This document shows positions 26,609-30,226 of a DNA stretch of 30,226 bases, one piece after another. The number at the start of each line of letters is the position of its first letter. Positions within the stretch are counted from its first letter, which is position 1. The position numbers were made by a program, and so were the translations under genes. Source of the stretch: Candidatus Methylomirabilales bacterium (lineage in GTDB: Bacteria > Methylomirabilota > Methylomirabilia > Methylomirabilales > CSP1-5); contig JBHIAH010000024.1 in assembly GCA_046758505.1 (NCBI GenBank), forward strand, positions 1 through 30,226, read 5' to 3'. The notes beneath the pieces were generated by a model. That model was not told the DNA's origin and did not search any database. It worked only from the letters and a program-made list of their open reading frames with translations.

Positions 26609-28158
26609 CCCTGTGGAGCCGCATTGCCGCTTTGGGCCTGGTGTTGGGCGTTGCTGTTCCAGCCGTCTCCGCCCAGGAGCCGGGCCCCGACTCGACAGTG
26701 ACTGCTGTATCCCTCAGCGTTCGCATTTCACGGTTCACCGCAGGGAAAAATTCGAAATCCGAAATTGGAAATTCGAAATTGATCTTCGTCGGTCGTCGGA
26801 CTTCGGCGAGGAGTTCGGCTGAGGCTCACTCGAAGCCCTCAGTCGAGCCGTCAGCGGTCGTCGACCGTCAACCCGTGACGGTCGCGAGCCAGCATCCTGG
26901 TTCACCGCCCCTCGCACCGGCGGACCACGAAGAGGGCAAACCGCCGGCGAAGGCGCACCGCACTGGCGAGCTCGAATGCCAGAACTGTCACCTCGGCAAA
27001 CACCAGGGGATACTGCGGATGTATCTCGGTATGGGCGGGCGCGGGACGCCAATGATTCCGAGTCATATGTTTCAGGTCCGCGTGCAGTGCGTGGCCTGCC
27101 ACATCGTGCCCAAGGAAAAAAAGCGGGTCGCCGGCATTGTGGGGCAGACGTTCAGGCCGAGCGAGCAGGCATGCTTGGGTTGCCACGGCGAGAAGTACCG
27201 TGGGATGTTGAAGCGGTGGTCGGACACGCTCCGGAAGATGCAGGAGGCCGTGGCCCCGAAGCTCGCGGCTATGGACAAAGCGCTGGCCAGCGCCAACCCC
27301 AAAAATCCCAAGCATGCGAAGGCGAGGAAACTGGTGGACGACGCCGCATTCAATACTCACTTCGTTGCGCTCGCCAAAGGCGTCCACAACGTCTTTTACG
27401 CGGCCGACCTGCTCAAGCTCGCGAACGGCTGGCTCGACGAAGCGTTTACACTCCTTGGGCAGGCACCGGTCGAAACCGATGACGTCCTCGTCCGCGGTAG
27501 ATACTGCCGCGAGCTGTGTCACCAGCAGGCAGGGGTTCCCCTGCCCGTGACGGTCACATTCAAGGGGCAGGAGGTGCCGCACGGCCGGCACATTACCGAG
27601 TTCGGCGCCGTGTGTACGGACTGTCACTCGGCCGAGGTGCACAAGGCGGTCACTGCGACCCCTGCGACGTGCGTATCGTGTCATCATAGCCCGGAGAACG
27701 AACGGTGCACGTCGTGTCACCGCACGCAGGCTGCCTTCTACCGCGGGGAGATAAAGACGGACCTGGCCAAGATCGAGCCGAACGTCATGGCCGCCGCGGT
27801 GGATTGCACCGGGTGCCACGATTGGAACAAGAAGCACTCGCGCAAGGCGGTCGGCCAGCAGTGTCTCGCATGCCACGACGAGGCGTACGTCGCGTTCCTG
27901 GATGAGTGGACGACCGGGCTCGACGAGCAAATGGCGAAAGCGACCAAAGACCTCAAGCGTGCGGAGGTCGCACTCAAGAAGGCGCGCCGCGCCAAGCGTA
28001 AGATCAGCGCGGCGGAGAGCTTGGTGGAGGACGCGCACAGAGCACTGGCCGTGGTCAAAGGGGGGCGGGGCGTTCACAATCCCGCTGCCGCGGATGCACT
28101 CCTGGAAGTTGTCCGTCAAAAGGCAAAACAGGCGCTTGCCCAAATCGGGCGGCGGTGA
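26605..28158 (+). CDS. Periplasmic multiheme cytochrome c with repeat-derived N-terminal insert
   Basis: Signal peptide; 8 CxxCH plus CRELCH (CX3CH); two helical segments each ending GVHN. Confidence 0.9.
   Translation: MTLWSRIAALGLVLGVAVPAVSAQEPGPDSTVTAVSLSVRISRFTAGKNSKSEIGNSKLIFVGRRTSARSSAEAHSKPSVEPSAVVDRQPVTVASQHPGSPPLAPADHEEGKPPAKAHRTGELECQNCHLGKHQGILRMYLGMGGRGTPMIPSHMFQVRVQCVACHIVPKEKKRVAGIVGQTFRPSEQACLGCHGEKYRGMLKRWSDTLRKMQEAVAPKLAAMDKALASANPKNPKHAKARKLVDDAAFNTHFVALAKGVHNVFYAADLLKLANGWLDEAFTLLGQAPVETDDVLVRGRYCRELCHQQAGVPLPVTVTFKGQEVPHGRHITEFGAVCTDCHSAEVHKAVTATPATCVSCHHSPENERCTSCHRTQAAFYRGEIKTDLAKIEPNVMAAAVDCTGCHDWNKKHSRKAVGQQCLACHDEAYVAFLDEWTTGLDEQMAKATKDLKRAEVALKKARRAKRKISAAESLVEDAHRALAVVKGGRGVHNPAAADALLEVVRQKAKQALAQIGRR
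26717..26850 (+). repeat. In-frame composite repeat: heptamer arrays plus repeat element copy 2
   Basis: AAATTCG-like x5 (26748-26782), then CGGACTTCGGCGAGGAGTTCGGCTGAGGCTCACTCGAAGCCCTCAGTCGAGCCG (26797-26850). Confidence 0.8.
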
Positions 28159-28172
28159 TAAAGGATTAAAGC

Positions 28173-29003
28173 ATGGGACGATCCTCTCGACAGAAGCTGC
28201 CCGAGACCCCGCGCCGCAACTGGCCGGTGGCCGGACTCGCGGCCGCAGGTCTTATCGTGGCGGGCTACCTCGCATTGACCAAACTCGGGGGTGAGAGTCC
28301 CCTGTTCTGCACCGCGGGTAGCGGCTGCGATATCGTCCAGGCAAGCCGGTATGCGGTCTTTTTCGGCCTGCCCACGGCGCTGTGGGGGACTGGCCTCTAC
28401 GCGGCCATCGGCGCTCTTGCACTCATGGGGCTGGACGCGCGGCGATGGCTCGCCGCCTTCTTGCTGGCCGTTGTCGGCGTGTCCTTTTTTGCGTATCTCA
28501 CCTATCTCGAGTTGTTTGAGATCGGCGCGGTCTGTTCATACTGTGTCCTCTCGTCGCTGATCATGGTGGCCCTCTTCGGCCTTTTACTCGCTGGCCGGTC
28601 GTCGGTCGTCGGTCGTCGGTCCGCGGTGCGCCCGGGCCGGATCGCCACCCTCGGCACCATCACGGCTGTGGTTACCATCCTCGTCGGCGCCGGTTACTTC
28701 GCGGGGGATTCCTCGCACGCCGCTGGCTATCAGGAAGCACTTGCCCGTCACCTGAGCGACAGCGGCGCCATCATGTACGGCGCCTACTGGTGACCCGCCT
28801 GCGGCGAGCAAAAGGCCCGGTTCGGGCCTGCGGCGAAACTGCTCCCGTACGTCGAGTGCGATCCGAAGATGCCGGGGTCGGATCCGGCGCTCTGCCGCCG
28901 CCTCGCGATCCGGGTCTATCCCACCTGGTTCATCAGGGGCGTGCGTCACGAGGGGGTCCTCACGCTTGACCGGCTGGCCACACTCTCGGACTTCCGGCAG
29001 TAG
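28173..29003 (+). CDS. VKOR-thioredoxin-like fusion, predicted selenoprotein (TGA 28791-28793 = Sec)
   Basis: VKOR: C-TAGSG-CDIVQASRYA, CSYC; readthrough gives MYGAYW-U-PACGEQKARFG...LPYVECDP...LC...IRVYPTWFIRG...GVLTLDRLATLSDF to TAG 29001-29003. Confidence 0.88.
28596..28616 (+). repeat. In-frame heptamer repeat (CGGTCGT x3)
   Basis: Three exact units = 21 nt, encoding RSSVVGR between VKOR TM helices. Confidence 0.75.
28808..28831 (+). promoter_or_regulatory. Candidate bacterial SECIS element
   Basis: Perfect stem AGGCCCG-GTT-CGGGCCT (28813-28829); loop starts with G, 27 nt after the UGA. Confidence 0.65.
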
Positions 29004-29218
29004 TCCCCCTGGTGTGTCACCTGCCTTGGCGGGGAGGCCCACGAGATCATACCGACGTTCACCGGGATTTCTCCATCTGCGCATGATCCAGTGTGGATTT
29101 TTTTCTGACCTCTATCATTGATCGGCGACCGTCAGGGCAAGGGCTGAGAGAAAAGAGGTGGTTCGTCCTGCCGTTGCAAGCCGGATCTGAGGAGTGTGGT
29201 CCCCGCTTTTCACTCATC

Positions 29219-29236
29219 TGGGTCAGGTCTTCCCCA
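29219..29236 (+). promoter_or_regulatory. Putative enhancer (UAS), copy 4
   Basis: TGGGTCA-GGTC-TTCCCCA, 198 bp upstream of the -24 GG. Confidence 0.5.
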
Positions 29237-29374
29237 TCCAGTAACTTCCGCTCTCCAAAAGCATTGCAGGTCTCCTATGTCCTGGCGATGCCCCTTCTCT
29301 GGGACATACCTGCCTCGGTTTTGCCTGGTACCCTCGTGTTGGTTGGCAATGGCGATTAGTTGTTCTGGCTTAAA

Positions 29375-29431
29375 AATAAATAAGTTAGTTGAAGGTGAGT
29401 GAATTACCACACCCGTGGCACCCTGCTTGCT
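29375..29431 (+). promoter_or_regulatory. IHF-like site plus sigma54 -24/-12 promoter 4
   Basis: AATAAA-TAAG-TTA at 29375-29387; TGGCAC-CCTGC-TTGCT at 29416-29431. Confidence 0.82.
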
Positions 29432-29511
29432 CTGCAACCGCGGGGATCCCGTGTGACGCGTCCATTAGCCCCCCTTACCTTGGTTGAAGACGAGTAGATA
29501 TCGAGGGGATC

Positions 29512-30226
29512 GTGGGGTTGTTCACGAGCCTGAAGGCAAAGTTCATCACCGCGACGATTCTAATCCTCGTTGCCGCGATCGGGGTCTCGTCGTGGCGGAC
29601 CCTGAAGATGCAGCGGGACCAGCTCATTGCGGCCACCGAGGAGAAGGTGACTATGCTCACGGACACGATCGAAAGGAGCATAGCGACCGCCATGGTGGAG
29701 GGGCGCAGCGAGGATGTGCAGGCCATCGTCCAGAAGCTGGGGGATCATGGAGATATACAGCGGATACGAATCTTCGACGACGAGGGGACGATACGGATAT
29801 CCTCTGACCTGAAAGAACGAGGAAGGAAAGTATCCCGCCCCGGCCCTCCGCAATACAAAGGCCATATCGAGACAAACGTCCCCTTTATCTTCAAAGAGCA
29901 CGCAAGCGGACACGCAATCCATTCCCTCGTCAAGCCGATCCTGAATCGTCCGGAGTGTTACCGGTGTCACGATCCCCGTCACCGGGTAAACGGCATCCTC
30001 CAGATCGACTTTTCGCTGGCCAAGGCCAGGGCCCAGATTGCGTCCATCCACTCCTTCGTCCTTTTTTCTGCGATTGCGACCATCGCGTCCCTGTCCCTTG
30101 CCCTTTGGATCCTCCTCTCCCGGTTGGTGAGCCGCCCGGTCTCTGCCCTTATCCGTACGATGGGCGAGGCGGAGGGGGGGGATTTGGACGCTCGGGCACG
30201 TGTCGGGTCCAAGGATGAGCTGGGGC
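29512..30226 (+). CDS. Partial signal-transduction protein: TM, periplasmic heme-c sensor, TM, HAMP (runs off the window)
   Basis: Open frame from GTG 29512 (absent from the ORF track): SLKAKFI-TM...AMVEG...KPILNRPECYRCH...GILQIDF-TM-RPVSALIRTMGEAEGGDLDARARVGSKDELG. Confidence 0.88.
   Translation, partial: MGLFTSLKAKFITATILILVAAIGVSSWRTLKMQRDQLIAATEEKVTMLTDTIERSIATAMVEGRSEDVQAIVQKLGDHGDIQRIRIFDDEGTIRISSDLKERGRKVSRPGPPQYKGHIETNVPFIFKEHASGHAIHSLVKPILNRPECYRCHDPRHRVNGILQIDFSLAKARAQIASIHSFVLFSAIATIASLSLALWILLSRLVSRPVSALIRTMGEAEGGDLDARARVGSKDELG

Noticed and set aside
3390..28143. Long minus-strand ORFs (e.g. 3390-4739, 5853-7025, 10390-11610, 12836-14074, 15028-16227, 23160-24392, 26902-28143)
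   Set aside because: Antisense shadows of well-supported + strand genes in GC-rich DNA; no recognisable motifs
16981..28158. Porin-cytochrome extracellular electron transfer conduit
   Set aside because: No beta-barrel gene or evident lipoprotein cytochrome in the window
1296..29003. Genome-wide stop-codon reassignment
   Set aside because: TGA and TAG both end many complete genes at expected positions; only two TGAs fall at Cys-equivalent sites with hairpins

Overview
GC-rich bacterial window with every credible gene on the + strand. Three blocks: (i) 624-4775, an unknown His-rich membrane protein and a PAS histidine kinase/NtrC-family sigma54 activator pair; (ii) 5324-15921, a stress/dormancy-like and metal cluster (GNAT, three CBS proteins, two tandem-USP proteins, nicotinate phosphoribosyltransferase, P1B-4 ATPase, CaCA antiporter, P19-like periplasmic protein); (iii) 16384-29003, a ~12.6 kb electron-transfer cluster (octaheme cytochrome-NrfC-NrfD, Rieske/cytochrome b with tetra-, nona-, di- and triheme cytochromes, NapC/NirT-type and partner multiheme cytochromes; 42 CxxCH plus 2 atypical motifs), then a partial heme-c/HAMP sensor. 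The main hidden signal: the first and last genes of the cytochrome cluster look like selenoproteins that the ORF track truncates. They are a PCYCGC-family protein (UxxC, plus an in-frame TAG) and a VKOR-thioredoxin fusion (WUPAC), each with a SECIS-like hairpin after the UGA. Four sigma54 promoters share one architecture: a TGnGGCA-N4-TGyCyCA palindrome, an IHF-like site, and -24/-12. A short repeat element sits in frame in two unrelated proteins, and 7-bp tandem arrays occur between and within genes. The taxon cannot be determined here; an anaerobic/microaerobic lineage such as NC10/Methylomirabilota is only a guess. All calls come from reading the sequence; no searches were run.
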